Shown: in pieces, positions 35,748-47,635 of the stretch
Numbering within the stretch: the first letter of the stretch is position 1
Layout: the number at the start of each line of letters is the position of its first letter
Assembly: GCA_041695045.1 (NCBI GenBank)
Contig: JBGFRR010000164.1
Location: forward strand, 6,268 to 70,267
From: Bacteroidota bacterium
Lineage (GTDB): Bacteria; Bacteroidota; Ignavibacteria; UBA10030
DNA: 64,000 bases
Reading direction: 5' to 3'
Notes under the pieces: model-generated
Told to the model about the DNA's origin: nothing
Database searches by the model: none
What the model saw: only the letters and a program-made list of their open reading frames with translations
Made by a program: the position numbers and the translations under genes

Positions 35748-36122
35748 ATGACGGAGAAAAAGCAAATATTGATTATCGATGACGAACGCTCGATGCTCGA
35801 CGCCATGGCCACCATCCTTCGCAGCGGAGGGTACAATGTGCAGCAAGCCGAAAGCGGCAGCGAAGCGCTCGACAAGCTGCGCGCGTTCAAACCCGACTTG
35901 ATCTTTGCCGACATCCGCATGCCGGATATGAACGGCTTCGACCTCCTCGAGAACATCAAGAAGATTCCCTCTGTGTCCTCCACGCCCGTTGTGTTCCTTT
36001 CGGCCATCGACGACTTCCATGCTCGTAAAGTGGCTCGCGACCTGGGCGCCGCCGACTATCTCCTCAAACCCGTTGACGAGAAGGATGTTTTTTCCACCAT
36101 CACGAAGCACCTTCATTCCTGA
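35748..36122 (+). CDS. Single-domain response regulator
   Basis: ILIIDDE, DIRMPDMNG, LSA, KP. Confidence 0.92.
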   Translation: MTEKKQILIIDDERSMLDAMATILRSGGYNVQQAESGSEALDKLRAFKPDLIFADIRMPDMNGFDLLENIKKIPSVSSTPVVFLSAIDDFHARKVARDLGAADYLLKPVDEKDVFSTITKHLHS

Positions 36123-36201
36123 GCCTGCGTTCTGCCTCACACAGCGCGCTTGACCTTCTCCTCCTTCCTCGGTACTTTACTGCCGTCCATCACCGCTTCC
36201 G

Positions 36202-38427
36202 ATGAAGTTCACCCTTCGTCAATACCGCAAGTTCCGCTCGTCGCTCGGCCCGGTCGAGCAAGGGCAAATTGTCGCCTCCACCGCCGTCGTCGTGGCCATG
36301 GTGACGATTGTGCTCGTGAGAGTCTTCACCGGCTATCAGCTCGATTGGTATGACTTCACCAGCGTTACCACGGTCGGTCTTTTCGGTTTTTTGATTGTGT
36401 TCTTCACGCTCCGCTACGGCAGACAGCTCGAAGAGCAGAAACAAGAGTTGTTGTCCCTCAAGACGCTGGCAGAAGCGATCAACCGTGCAGTGGAAATCGG
36501 GTTCCTCCTCCAGAACGCCGTCCGCGAGGTGAGCCGATTGTTAGATGTCGAGTACGGCTGGGTGTACCGCGTCGAAGGGGGGAAGCTTGTGTTGCGGGCG
36601 AGCCAAACAGCAGGTGAGCGGAACCTCTATATTATTGAGCCGAATGAAGATGCTGCCGATCCGTCGCTGCAATGGATACGGGCACCGCGCATCGAACGAC
36701 GGGCGAAACGAAAAAAGAAAAACGCCGACACGTGGACGCATGGCGACATTGAAGCCTGGGCTTCGGTGCCGATCCTTGTGAAAGACACGTTCGAAGGAGT
36801 CATTGTCCTCGCCAGCAAGGAACGGGATACGTTCGCCAGGAAACAGCTCGACCTCATGACGGCGTTCGCCAATCAGATTGGTGTGGCGTTGGAGAACGTG
36901 ACGCTCATCGAGCGGCTCCGTGAATCGGAAGAGCGCTACATGGATTTGTTTGAGCATTCGCCGGACATGTATCATATCGTCAACGCCGAGGGTATCATCG
37001 TCAGCTGTAACCAAACAGAGGCGCAGCGCTTAGGCTACCGGAAGGATGAGCTCGTCGGCCGGTCGGTACTGATGCTCTATCCATCGGCGTATCATCGGGA
37101 AGCGCAGAAGTTGCTGAGGACGGCTTTCGAACAAAACCGCGAGATCAAGGGTCTTGAAGAGCAGATGATCACCAACGGTGGTGAACTGGTTGACGTGAGC
37201 ATCAACACGTCGATTATTGTGGATGAGCACGGTACGTCTCAACTCATGCGCGTTGTGGCGCGCGACATCACCGAGAAAAAGCAGTTAGAGGAGAAGGTCT
37301 TCCATGCCCAGCGCATCGATTCCATCGGCAATCTTGCGGGGGGTGTCGCGCATGACTTCAACAATATTTTAACCTCCATCCTCGGCTCGACGGCTATTAT
37401 GCGGCGCAAGCTGAGCCGCAACGTGGCGTGGGGGCGATTTGTCGACATCATCGAGACGGCGGCGAAACGCGGCGCCAGCCTTACGCGCCAGCTCCTCACG
37501 TTTGCGCGCAAAAGCAACGTGCAATTCCGACCGGTTCTCATCAATCACATCCTCAAGGAAACGATCCAGCTCTTCGAGCGGAGCATCGATAAGACGATCG
37601 AAGTGCGCAATCATTTTTCGGAAGAGCCGTGCATCGTGAACGGCGATGAGGGGCAAATCCAACAAGCTGTGCTCAACCTTCTCATCAACGCACGGGATGC
37701 GATCCGTGAAGACGGCGCCATCACTATTCGTGGCGGCATCGTGGATTTCGACCGCCAAACCTTCAGGAACGTCAAGGAAACGAAGTCGGGAAAGTTCGTT
37801 TCCGTCACGATCGCCGATACCGGCGTGGGGATGGACCGGCAAACACAGCAGCGCATCTTCGAGCCTTTTTTCACGACGAAAGAACAAGGAAAGGGAACGG
37901 GGCTTGGGCTTTCGGTCGTGTACGGCGTCGTCAACGGCCATAACGGTTTCATCACACTGCTGAGCGAGCCCGGCAGGGGGTCGGAGTTCACGCTGTTCTT
38001 TCCGCTGATGACGAATCTTCAGTCGTTGCCCGCCATGCAAAAGCAACGCCGGCTCCGCCGCGGCAAAGAGAAAGTCTTGGTGGTGGATGATGAAAAGCTG
38101 GTGAGCGATGTCATCAGCGGCATGCTGAAAGACCTCGGCTACAAAGTGACCGTCGTCAACAGCGGCCAGCGCGCGCTGACGCTCTTGAAGAAGCGGCAGC
38201 GCTTTGATGTTGTGGTGCTTGACCTCAACATGCCCGCGCTTGGCGGTAAGGAAACATTCCAGAAGCTTCGTGAGATCGACCCCAACGTCCGCATCATCAT
38301 TTCAACGGGGTATGGAACTAAGAGTATGGAGTCCTTGCCGTTACGTGAAGCAGTTGACGGATTCCTTGAGAAGCCGTATCAGCTCGAGGAACTCTCCGAG
38401 ACGCTCCGTTCCGTCCTCGATCGATAG
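36202..38427 (+). CDS. Hybrid sensor kinase (TM-GAF-PAS-HisKA-HATPase-REC)
   Basis: GGVAHDFNNIL, NLLINARDA, DTGVGM, FFTTK..GKGTGLGL, C-terminal VVDDE. Confidence 0.93.
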   Translation: MKFTLRQYRKFRSSLGPVEQGQIVASTAVVVAMVTIVLVRVFTGYQLDWYDFTSVTTVGLFGFLIVFFTLRYGRQLEEQKQELLSLKTLAEAINRAVEIGFLLQNAVREVSRLLDVEYGWVYRVEGGKLVLRASQTAGERNLYIIEPNEDAADPSLQWIRAPRIERRAKRKKKNADTWTHGDIEAWASVPILVKDTFEGVIVLASKERDTFARKQLDLMTAFANQIGVALENVTLIERLRESEERYMDLFEHSPDMYHIVNAEGIIVSCNQTEAQRLGYRKDELVGRSVLMLYPSAYHREAQKLLRTAFEQNREIKGLEEQMITNGGELVDVSINTSIIVDEHGTSQLMRVVARDITEKKQLEEKVFHAQRIDSIGNLAGGVAHDFNNILTSILGSTAIMRRKLSRNVAWGRFVDIIETAAKRGASLTRQLLTFARKSNVQFRPVLINHILKETIQLFERSIDKTIEVRNHFSEEPCIVNGDEGQIQQAVLNLLINARDAIREDGAITIRGGIVDFDRQTFRNVKETKSGKFVSVTIADTGVGMDRQTQQRIFEPFFTTKEQGKGTGLGLSVVYGVVNGHNGFITLLSEPGRGSEFTLFFPLMTNLQSLPAMQKQRRLRRGKEKVLVVDDEKLVSDVISGMLKDLGYKVTVVNSGQRALTLLKKRQRFDVVVLDLNMPALGGKETFQKLREIDPNVRIIISTGYGTKSMESLPLREAVDGFLEKPYQLEELSETLRSVLDR

Positions 38428-38549
38428 CACCGTTAGGAATGCGTACGGTCATCGTACGCGTGTCTTGCAAGTCCGCCAATTAATTACTACCATGCGGTAG
38501 AGATCGCGCAGTTCGTTGTCAGCACCTCATTCCGCTGTTCTTATCCGCC

Positions 38550-39335
38550 ATGAGTCGCCTCGCATCATTCGCCGAAGAGCTCAAAGCACTCCGGGAAGCA
38601 AAGCAAATTTCCCTCCAGCATATTTCAGCGGCCACGCGCATCGGTGTCAAATTCCTCCAGGCGCTGGAAGAGGGGCGCTTCTCGGTTCTTCCTGAAGTCT
38701 ACATCCGCGCCTTTATCCGTGAATACGCCATGGCCATCGGTGAGGACGAGCAGGCGATCCTGCGGAGATACGATGAAGCGGTGAAACACGATCATGCGGA
38801 AGAAGAACCGGCACACGAGTCTGATGTTGTTACCGATGATTTCCCGACTGACCTCGACCCCAATTACCACCGCAGAGACATCCTCCTTTTTCTCCAGCGC
38901 AATCTTATTCCCATTCTCACACTCCTCACCGTGCTGTTGATCGTCGTGTTTCTAACGACGTCCGATGGCGATGGATTTCCTCCGAGCATGTTTCCCGAGG
39001 CTCCGTTCGACCTTGCTGTACGGGAGTCCGAAGCTGTCCAGAAGCAAGCTGTGAGCGCGGCGCGCCCAACAAAGCCGGACAGCCTGCATCTCGAGATCTT
39101 TACCACCGATTCTGTCTGGATTCAAGTTGTCATTGACGGTATGAAGACCGAAGAGTATCTCCTCCCCCCCCAATGGCGGCGCAGCTGGTCTGCAGGCGAG
39201 CAGTTCAACATCACCATCGGCAATGCTGGCGGTGCGACGTTCCGTCTCAACGGCCGCGACATCGGTTCGTTGGGCAAGCCGGGGAGCGTCGTCCGCAATG
39301 CCCTACTAACCTACAACACCACCGGTCCATTGTAA
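38550..39335 (+). CDS. rodZ: RodZ-like HTH-TM-DUF4115 protein
   Basis: LKALREAKQISL...ALEEG...YIRAFIREYA; TM; IGNAGG..LNG. Confidence 0.8.
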   Translation: MSRLASFAEELKALREAKQISLQHISAATRIGVKFLQALEEGRFSVLPEVYIRAFIREYAMAIGEDEQAILRRYDEAVKHDHAEEEPAHESDVVTDDFPTDLDPNYHRRDILLFLQRNLIPILTLLTVLLIVVFLTTSDGDGFPPSMFPEAPFDLAVRESEAVQKQAVSAARPTKPDSLHLEIFTTDSVWIQVVIDGMKTEEYLLPPQWRRSWSAGEQFNITIGNAGGATFRLNGRDIGSLGKPGSVVRNALLTYNTTGPL

Positions 39336-41375
<2,040 letters not shown>

Positions 41376-41445
41376 CTGAGTCCACAACACTGTCGGCAAC
41401 AGAATTACCGTCAGCTTGCCTTTTCGCTCTGCACGGTGAGGCATC

Positions 41446-41982
41446 ATGTTTGAAGGGCTTCGCTACAGCATCGGAAAGGCGTATGCGCGTTACACGTTCC
41501 GTTCGCACAGCGGTGAACAGATACAGTTCACGGGCGCGCTTTCGACCGCGCGCCGCGTCTTGCTGCTGCTGCCAGAGAGCGTTGCAGCGGCGACAGGGGT
41601 GGAGGTGGTCCTCCATCATATTATGCAGCGATACTCACCGCATTATGTGACAATCGTCAAGCGGCACGGTATTCTGGAATCGACGAAGCCGTATGCGAAA
41701 GCACGACTCATCACGTTCAGCGCGCAAGACCTAACCCGCTGGTTTCTTCCCCGAAACGAGTTGCTTCAAACAGTGAAAAAGAGTACATTCGATGTAGCAA
41801 TCGACCTCAATCTCGATGACGCACTCCCGAGTGCATTCCTGTGCCGCAGTTCGGGTGCGCGCATTCGGATTGGGTTTGAGAAGGAGGATGCCGACACGTT
41901 CTACAACGTTCAGGTGCGTGCGCGGCGCGACAATCCGCCTTCGGCCTATCAGCACCTGATCAATGTCATTCACATGCTGTAG
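41446..41982 (+). CDS. Hypothetical protein (DUF6913/GT9-like fragment)
   Basis: FDVAIDLN...SGARIRIGF motif. Confidence 0.65.
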   Translation: MFEGLRYSIGKAYARYTFRSHSGEQIQFTGALSTARRVLLLLPESVAAATGVEVVLHHIMQRYSPHYVTIVKRHGILESTKPYAKARLITFSAQDLTRWFLPRNELLQTVKKSTFDVAIDLNLDDALPSAFLCRSSGARIRIGFEKEDADTFYNVQVRARRDNPPSAYQHLINVIHML

Positions 41983-42009
41983 CTCTTCCAGTTTCAGAGG
42001 TATGATGCT

Positions 42010-42342
42010 ATGCGATTCAACGTGAAGCAGAATGGCAACGCGACCGTGCTCACGATCAAGGAGCGCAAGCTCGACGCCAGCATCTCCCCCGAACTCAAAG
42101 GGGAATTTCTCATCCTCTGCACGCCGCAACTCAAACACCTCATCGTCGACCTGACGGAAGTCGAGTTCTGCGACAGCAGCGGCCTGAGCGCCCTCCTGAT
42201 TGCCGAGCGCAAAATGCGGGAAAACGGCGGTGTGGTGAAGCTCGTCGGCCTCCACAAGAAAGTGCTGAATCTCATCCGCATTTCCCGCCTCGACCGTGCG
42301 TTCAGCATCCACAATAGCCTTGCCAAGGCGCTCCGGGCTTAA
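42010..42342 (+). CDS. STAS anti-sigma factor antagonist
   Basis: VDLTEVEFCDSSGLSALL. Confidence 0.93.
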   Translation: MRFNVKQNGNATVLTIKERKLDASISPELKGEFLILCTPQLKHLIVDLTEVEFCDSSGLSALLIAERKMRENGGVVKLVGLHKKVLNLIRISRLDRAFSIHNSLAKALRA

Positions 42343-42435
42343 GGTCCCGCACCATCCACACACCGCTGCTGTGTGCCGGGGAACACTCTCCGAGGCGTAC
42401 AGCAGTCCGCACGTCACTCATTCAAGGATATCATC

Positions 42436-43896
42436 ATGGGATTTACGACCATCGACTACGCCGTCGTTGTTGTGTACCTCGTTGCGATTGCCGCGTTCGG
42501 CATCTGGCGCGGAGGCAAGCAGCAGTCGGCAGCCGATTATTTCCTCGGCAAGGATCAGATTCCGTGGTGGGTCGTCTGCTTCTCCATCGTTGCGGCCGAG
42601 ACCAGCACGCTGACGTTCATCAGCATTCCCGGTCTCGCCTATCTCACGAACCTCAACTTCCTACAAGTTACCTTCGGCTATCTCATCGGCCGCATTCTCA
42701 TCAGCGTCGTCTTTTTGCCGGCGTACTACAAGGGTGAGCTTTCCACCGCCTACGCATTTCTCGAAAGCCGTTTCGGCGCGAAGACCCGCCGCTTCGCCTC
42801 GGTAACGTTCCTCTTCACGCGCATGGCCGCCGACGGTGTGCGCCTCTTTGCAACGGCCATTCCGCTGAAGCTCGTCATGGACATCGACTATCCGTTAGCG
42901 ATTCTGATTCTTGCTGCCGTCGCACTGGCCTATACCTACATCGGCGGCGTGCGGGGGGTGATCTGGGTGGACGCCATTCAGATGTTCGTCTACTTAGGCG
43001 GGGCGGTGATTGCCGGCTATGTGCTCATCTCTTCCTACGAAGGCGGTTGGGCGGGTATCACACAAGCAGCCGCAGCAGCGGGGAAGTTTGAGGTGTTGAA
43101 CCTCGACTTCGGCGAGGGATTTTTCCAGCAACCGTACACCCTGATTGCCGGCGTGCTCGGCGGTGCGTTTCTCTCCATGGCGTCCCACGGCACCGACCAG
43201 CTTATCGTCCAGCGTGTGCTGACGACAAAATCGCTCGCTGCCAGCCGAAAGGCGCTCATCGGCAGCGGGGTGATCATCATTCTGCAGTTTGCAATCTTCC
43301 TGCTCGTCGGCATCCTGCTTTACGGCTACTACAACGGTGCAGCGCTCGCCGACTTGGGTCTTGCACGCGCGGACGAAGTATTCCCCAAGTTCATCATCGA
43401 AGGTCTCCCTGCCGGCGTCTCCGGATTCATCATTGCCGGATTGTTCGCAGCAGCGCTCTCGACACTCGCCGGCTCGATGAGCTCGATGTCTTCTTCCACC
43501 GTGCTCGACCTCTACAAACCTATCTCCGGCAAGACGCTCTCGCCTGAGCGCGAGCTGTGGATTTCACGGATGGCGACTGTGCTGTGGGCGGGGCTGTTGG
43601 TAGGGTCGGCGATTTTCTTCATGACGACGAGCCAAACTGTCGTGGAGTTGGCATTGAGTATTGCATCGTTCACCTACGGCGGCTTGCTCGGCACATTCCT
43701 CCTCGGCGTGCTCTTCAAACAGCCGAAACAGGAGGACGCGCTGGCAGGCTTCATTGCGGGCATTCTCATTATGGTGACGGTGATTGCATTGAAGCTCGTT
43801 GCATGGACGTGGTTCACCATGATCGGCGTTACGACGACGCTAGCCATCGGCGGTTTGCTGAGTTTGCTCTCCCGGAATCAACAGCCGCATCAATAA
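42436..43896 (+). CDS. Sodium:solute symporter
   Basis: DYFLG, SIVAAETSTLTFISIPG, GTDQLIVQRVL. Confidence 0.92.
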   Translation: MGFTTIDYAVVVVYLVAIAAFGIWRGGKQQSAADYFLGKDQIPWWVVCFSIVAAETSTLTFISIPGLAYLTNLNFLQVTFGYLIGRILISVVFLPAYYKGELSTAYAFLESRFGAKTRRFASVTFLFTRMAADGVRLFATAIPLKLVMDIDYPLAILILAAVALAYTYIGGVRGVIWVDAIQMFVYLGGAVIAGYVLISSYEGGWAGITQAAAAAGKFEVLNLDFGEGFFQQPYTLIAGVLGGAFLSMASHGTDQLIVQRVLTTKSLAASRKALIGSGVIIILQFAIFLLVGILLYGYYNGAALADLGLARADEVFPKFIIEGLPAGVSGFIIAGLFAAALSTLAGSMSSMSSSTVLDLYKPISGKTLSPERELWISRMATVLWAGLLVGSAIFFMTTSQTVVELALSIASFTYGGLLGTFLLGVLFKQPKQEDALAGFIAGILIMVTVIALKLVAWTWFTMIGVTTTLAIGGLLSLLSRNQQPHQ

Positions 43897-43922
43897 GTCG
43901 CTCCCTCCGAAAGGATTGGTCG

Positions 43923-44873
43923 ATGGGCACGGCCTTGCGTTCGCTGAAAGGCAAACGCACAAAGCTCGCAGATGAGTTGCGCAGTTTCTTTGACCATCTT
44001 CGCGTCGAAAAAGGGGTCTCGGCGAACACCATCGTCTCGTACGACTTCGACCTCGCCCGCTACCGGCGCTACCTTGAAGACCACTCCATCACGACGGCAA
44101 ACGCCGTTTCCGACCGCCTCATCAGCGCATTTCTCCAAAAACTCTCCGCAGCAGGGCTTTCCCCGCGCAGCATCGCCCGTACGCTTTCAGCACTCGGCGG
44201 CTTCCATCGGTTTCTTGTGGGAGAGGACCTTGCCGAGGACGACCCCACGCAGCACATCAAACCGCCCAAGCGGGCGAAGCGATTGCCGGAGGTTCTTTCA
44301 CTGGAGGAGATTGACCGAATCCTTAATGCCGCCGCCGTCCCCGATCAACTCGACGAACAAGGAAGACGAACGTTGCGGGATCGGGCCATTCTGGAAACGC
44401 TCTATGCAACGGGCATCCGTGTCTCCGAATTGATCAACCTGCGGCAAGCTGACCTCTTGTTTGGGGAAGATTTGATTCGTGTGTTGGGGAAGGGTTCGAA
44501 GGAACGACTTGTGCCGATCGGCGCGTCGGCCAAGCAATGGGTGGTGCGGTATCAACGAGAGGCGCGCGCGGCGAATCCCAAGAGGCTTCAATCGCACGAT
44601 ATCCTCTTCATAAGCCCGCGCGGCGGAAAGCTTTCCCGCATGACCATCTGGAATATCGTGACGACATACGCCGAGGCCGCGGAAATCAAGAAAGCGGTTC
44701 ATCCGCACACGTTCCGTCACTCCTTTGCGACTCACCTTCTTGAACGCGGAGCGGACTTGCGTGTTGTGCAGGAAATGCTCGGCCACGCAGACATCGCCAC
44801 CACGCAGGTTTACACGCACATCGACCGTGAGTATCTGAAGGAAGTGCATCGCACATTCCATCCGCGCGCGTGA
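43923..44873 (+). CDS. xerD: Tyrosine recombinase XerD
   Basis: RDRAILETLYATGIRVSEL, GKGSKERLVP, HPHTFRHSFATHLL, LGHADIATTQVYTH, HPRA. Confidence 0.93.
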   Translation: MGTALRSLKGKRTKLADELRSFFDHLRVEKGVSANTIVSYDFDLARYRRYLEDHSITTANAVSDRLISAFLQKLSAAGLSPRSIARTLSALGGFHRFLVGEDLAEDDPTQHIKPPKRAKRLPEVLSLEEIDRILNAAAVPDQLDEQGRRTLRDRAILETLYATGIRVSELINLRQADLLFGEDLIRVLGKGSKERLVPIGASAKQWVVRYQREARAANPKRLQSHDILFISPRGGKLSRMTIWNIVTTYAEAAEIKKAVHPHTFRHSFATHLLERGADLRVVQEMLGHADIATTQVYTHIDREYLKEVHRTFHPRA

Positions 44874-45169
44874 ACAGCCTCCGCGCGTCGTCACCGCTGC
44901 CTCCGTCCGTCTTGCTTCCCGTCCGCTTTTTCGCTATTCTCTCGCACCGTCGTTTCGCCATCTTCCCGTTTGCCGCCGGTCAGCATTTCGTCTTCTCAGG
45001 CTACGAGCTCGATACGCTGAACAGCCGGAAGATCGGCGGCACGGAACGCCGTGAAGCAACATACGTCATCGGGCAAATCACCGTCGGCGGTAAACAGGGC
45101 TGGCGGACGGTTGATTCCACATACTATCCCAACGGCTACGAGTCCGTGCTCGTCGGCAAGAACTTTTGA
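44870..45169 (+). CDS. Short hypothetical ORF, possibly a gene remnant
   Basis: Overlaps the xerD stop; no recognisable motif. Confidence 0.3.
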   Translation: MNSLRASSPLPPSVLLPVRFFAILSHRRFAIFPFAAGQHFVFSGYELDTLNSRKIGGTERREATYVIGQITVGGKQGWRTVDSTYYPNGYESVLVGKNF

Positions 45170-45303
45170 TCGTGCAGCCTGTCGCACTGGGTCGCTTGAG
45201 TTTGATGCAATTTTTTGCTACATAACTCCCGCAGAAATCCCGCCGTGGGCGGGACTTTCCGTTTCTGGCGGTCTCAGGTCACACCACAAATCTTCCGGCT
45301 TCC

Positions 45304-46344
45304 ATGCAACGCAGATTGCTGATCCTCGCGGAAGGAACGTTCAGTCCGCTCTGCTCGAAAACGGCCAACGGTGCTCTTGCCTATTTGCCCGAGCAAGTCG
45401 TCGCCGTGATTGATAGCACAAAAGTCGGGAAAACCGCGCAGGACGTTCTCGGCTACGGCGGCGCCGTTCCGGTCGTGAAGGACATTGCCGAAGGGATGCG
45501 CTTCAACCCCACGCATCTTCTTATCGGCATTGCTCCTACCGGCGGCTACTTGCCCGAAGCATGGCGAGAGTGGATTCAGGAAGCAATCCGGAACAGGCTG
45601 CACATTCTGAGCGGGCTGCACACGATTCTTTCGGATGATGAAGAATTTGTTTCCCTTGCACGCGAGCACGGCGTTACGCTTACCGACTATCGGAAAATTC
45701 TCCCCGAAGCGGAAGTGGTCGCGAAAGGCACGTGGCGAACTCGCACGGCGAAAGTCATCCTCACAGTCGGCACAGATTGCAACATCGGCAAAATGACCAC
45801 GTTGATGCAGATCCACAAGGAGTTGGTGGGCCGGGGAGTAAATGCCGACTTCGTAGCGACCGGGCAGACCGGCATCCTCATCCGCGGTCGCGGCATCGCG
45901 GTGGACTCCATCATCAGCGACTACATCGCCGGCTGCGTCGAGCGGGAAATCGACCGATCCGTTAAAGAAGGATACGAATATATCCTCGTCGAAGGGCAGG
46001 GAGCGTTGACGCACATGGGCTACTCGGGCGTTACACTCGGCCTCATCCATGGCTCGATGCCGGATGCGATGATTCTCTGCCACCAGCCGACGAGGTTGAA
46101 GGATGACTACGGACTTCCGTTGCCCGAGCTCAACAGAGTGATACGGCTGCATGAAGAGATTGTCGGGTTCTTCCGGAAATCGAACGTGGTAGGCGTAGGG
46201 TTAAATTCGATTGGGATGACGGATGAGGAATCCCGGAAGGCCGCCGCGGAGATTGAACAACAGACCGGTTTGCCGGCTGTCGATACGTTCCGGTTTGGCG
46301 GCGGAACGCTCGTGGACGCCGTGTTGCAGTACTTTCACGATTGA
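45304..46344 (+). CDS. DUF1611 family P-loop protein (DgcN-like)
   Basis: KTANG, GLH, VGTDCNIGKMTT, TGQTG, VEGQG. Confidence 0.9.
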   Translation: MQRRLLILAEGTFSPLCSKTANGALAYLPEQVVAVIDSTKVGKTAQDVLGYGGAVPVVKDIAEGMRFNPTHLLIGIAPTGGYLPEAWREWIQEAIRNRLHILSGLHTILSDDEEFVSLAREHGVTLTDYRKILPEAEVVAKGTWRTRTAKVILTVGTDCNIGKMTTLMQIHKELVGRGVNADFVATGQTGILIRGRGIAVDSIISDYIAGCVEREIDRSVKEGYEYILVEGQGALTHMGYSGVTLGLIHGSMPDAMILCHQPTRLKDDYGLPLPELNRVIRLHEEIVGFFRKSNVVGVGLNSIGMTDEESRKAAAEIEQQTGLPAVDTFRFGGGTLVDAVLQYFHD

Positions 46345-47621
46345 AAACAGAGCGCTTCTTGATCGAGTATCGCGATAATCAATTATGGTGTGAGGAAGTT
46401 CCCCTGCGCGAGTTAGCGGAGGAGTTCGGCACGCCGCTGTATGTCTACAGCAAAAACCGGATCCTCCAGAATTTGCATGCCATCCGTTCCGCGCTGCAAG
46501 GACGCGATCATCTGACCTGCTATGCGCTGAAGGCAAATTCCAATCTTGCCATCCTCAAACTCCTTGCAGAGGAAGGCATCGGGGCGGATGTTGTGTCGGC
46601 GGGTGAAATCTATCTTGCACTCAAGGCTGGCTTTTTGCCGGAGAAGATTGCTTTTGCAGGGGTCGGCAAACGTGAGGATGAGATCGAGTATGCCCTCCAG
46701 CGCGGCGTGCGGTTCCTCAATATCGAGTCGGTGCAGGAGCTTCAGCTCGTTTCGCTCGTTGCATACCGCCTACAAACTACCGCGCGGGTGGCGCTTCGCA
46801 TCAACCCGGATATCGATGCCGAGAGCCATCCGTACATTACCACCGGGCAGAAGCACAATAAGTTCGGCATCGATAGCGATAAGGCGATGGAAGCTTTTCG
46901 GATGGCGGCGGGGCTTCCGGGCATTGAGCTTGTGGGTATTCACGCGCATATCGGCTCGCAGATAACGAAAGTTGAGCCCTACGTCGCTACGGCGAAGTTT
47001 ATTGTCAACCTTGTTCATGCGCTCCGGCAGGAGGGCATCCATCTTTCTCATATCGATATTGGCGGAGGTTTTGGCGTTCGATACGCGGCGGCGATTGAGC
47101 ATGAGGCGCTTCCGAAGGAGCGCGCCAACGGCAACGCGCCGCTTGCAGCGACGGAGTTCCTGAATGCCATCCTGCCGATTCTCGAGCCTACTGGTTGCTC
47201 GATCTGGCTCGAACCAGGCCGCTGCATCGTTGCCGATGCGGGCGTGTTGCTCACAACCGTCGTCTATACGAAAGAGAACAGCGCCAAGAAATTTGTCATT
47301 GTGGATGCCGGTATGACGGATCTGCTCCGCCCGAGCCTCTACAACGCTCACCACCAGATTGTGCCGGTCGTGATCGAGACGTATGAGCACGAGACTGTCG
47401 ACGTCGTCGGCCCCATCTGTGAAACGGGTGACTTTCTCGCGCGAGACCGGCAGCTCTCGAAGGTCAAACGCAACGATACGCTGGCGGTGCTCACGGCGGG
47501 AGCGTACGGGTTTGTGACGACGTCGCAGTACAATGCGCGTCCGCGGCTGGCGGAGGTGCTCGTGAATCACGACAAGGTGCGTGTGATTCGGGAACGCGAA
47601 ACATTTGAACAACTCGGCTAA
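46341..47621 (+). CDS. lysA: Diaminopimelate decarboxylase
   Basis: GTPLYVY, YALKAN, HIGSQI, DIGGG, EPGR, GPICETGD, GAYG. Confidence 0.97.
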   Translation: MKTERFLIEYRDNQLWCEEVPLRELAEEFGTPLYVYSKNRILQNLHAIRSALQGRDHLTCYALKANSNLAILKLLAEEGIGADVVSAGEIYLALKAGFLPEKIAFAGVGKREDEIEYALQRGVRFLNIESVQELQLVSLVAYRLQTTARVALRINPDIDAESHPYITTGQKHNKFGIDSDKAMEAFRMAAGLPGIELVGIHAHIGSQITKVEPYVATAKFIVNLVHALRQEGIHLSHIDIGGGFGVRYAAAIEHEALPKERANGNAPLAATEFLNAILPILEPTGCSIWLEPGRCIVADAGVLLTTVVYTKENSAKKFVIVDAGMTDLLRPSLYNAHHQIVPVVIETYEHETVDVVGPICETGDFLARDRQLSKVKRNDTLAVLTAGAYGFVTTSQYNARPRLAEVLVNHDKVRVIRERETFEQLG

Positions 47622-47635
47622 TCGGAGGATGGACA

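Noticed and set aside
43923-44873. Tyrosine recombinase as prophage/island integrase
   Set aside because: Motifs and the HPRA terminus match housekeeping XerD; no att sites or phage genes.
45170-45303. Lysine riboswitch upstream of DUF1611-lysA-asd
   Set aside because: The region is too short and lacks recognisable L-box motifs; only a small CCCGCC/GGCGGG palindrome.
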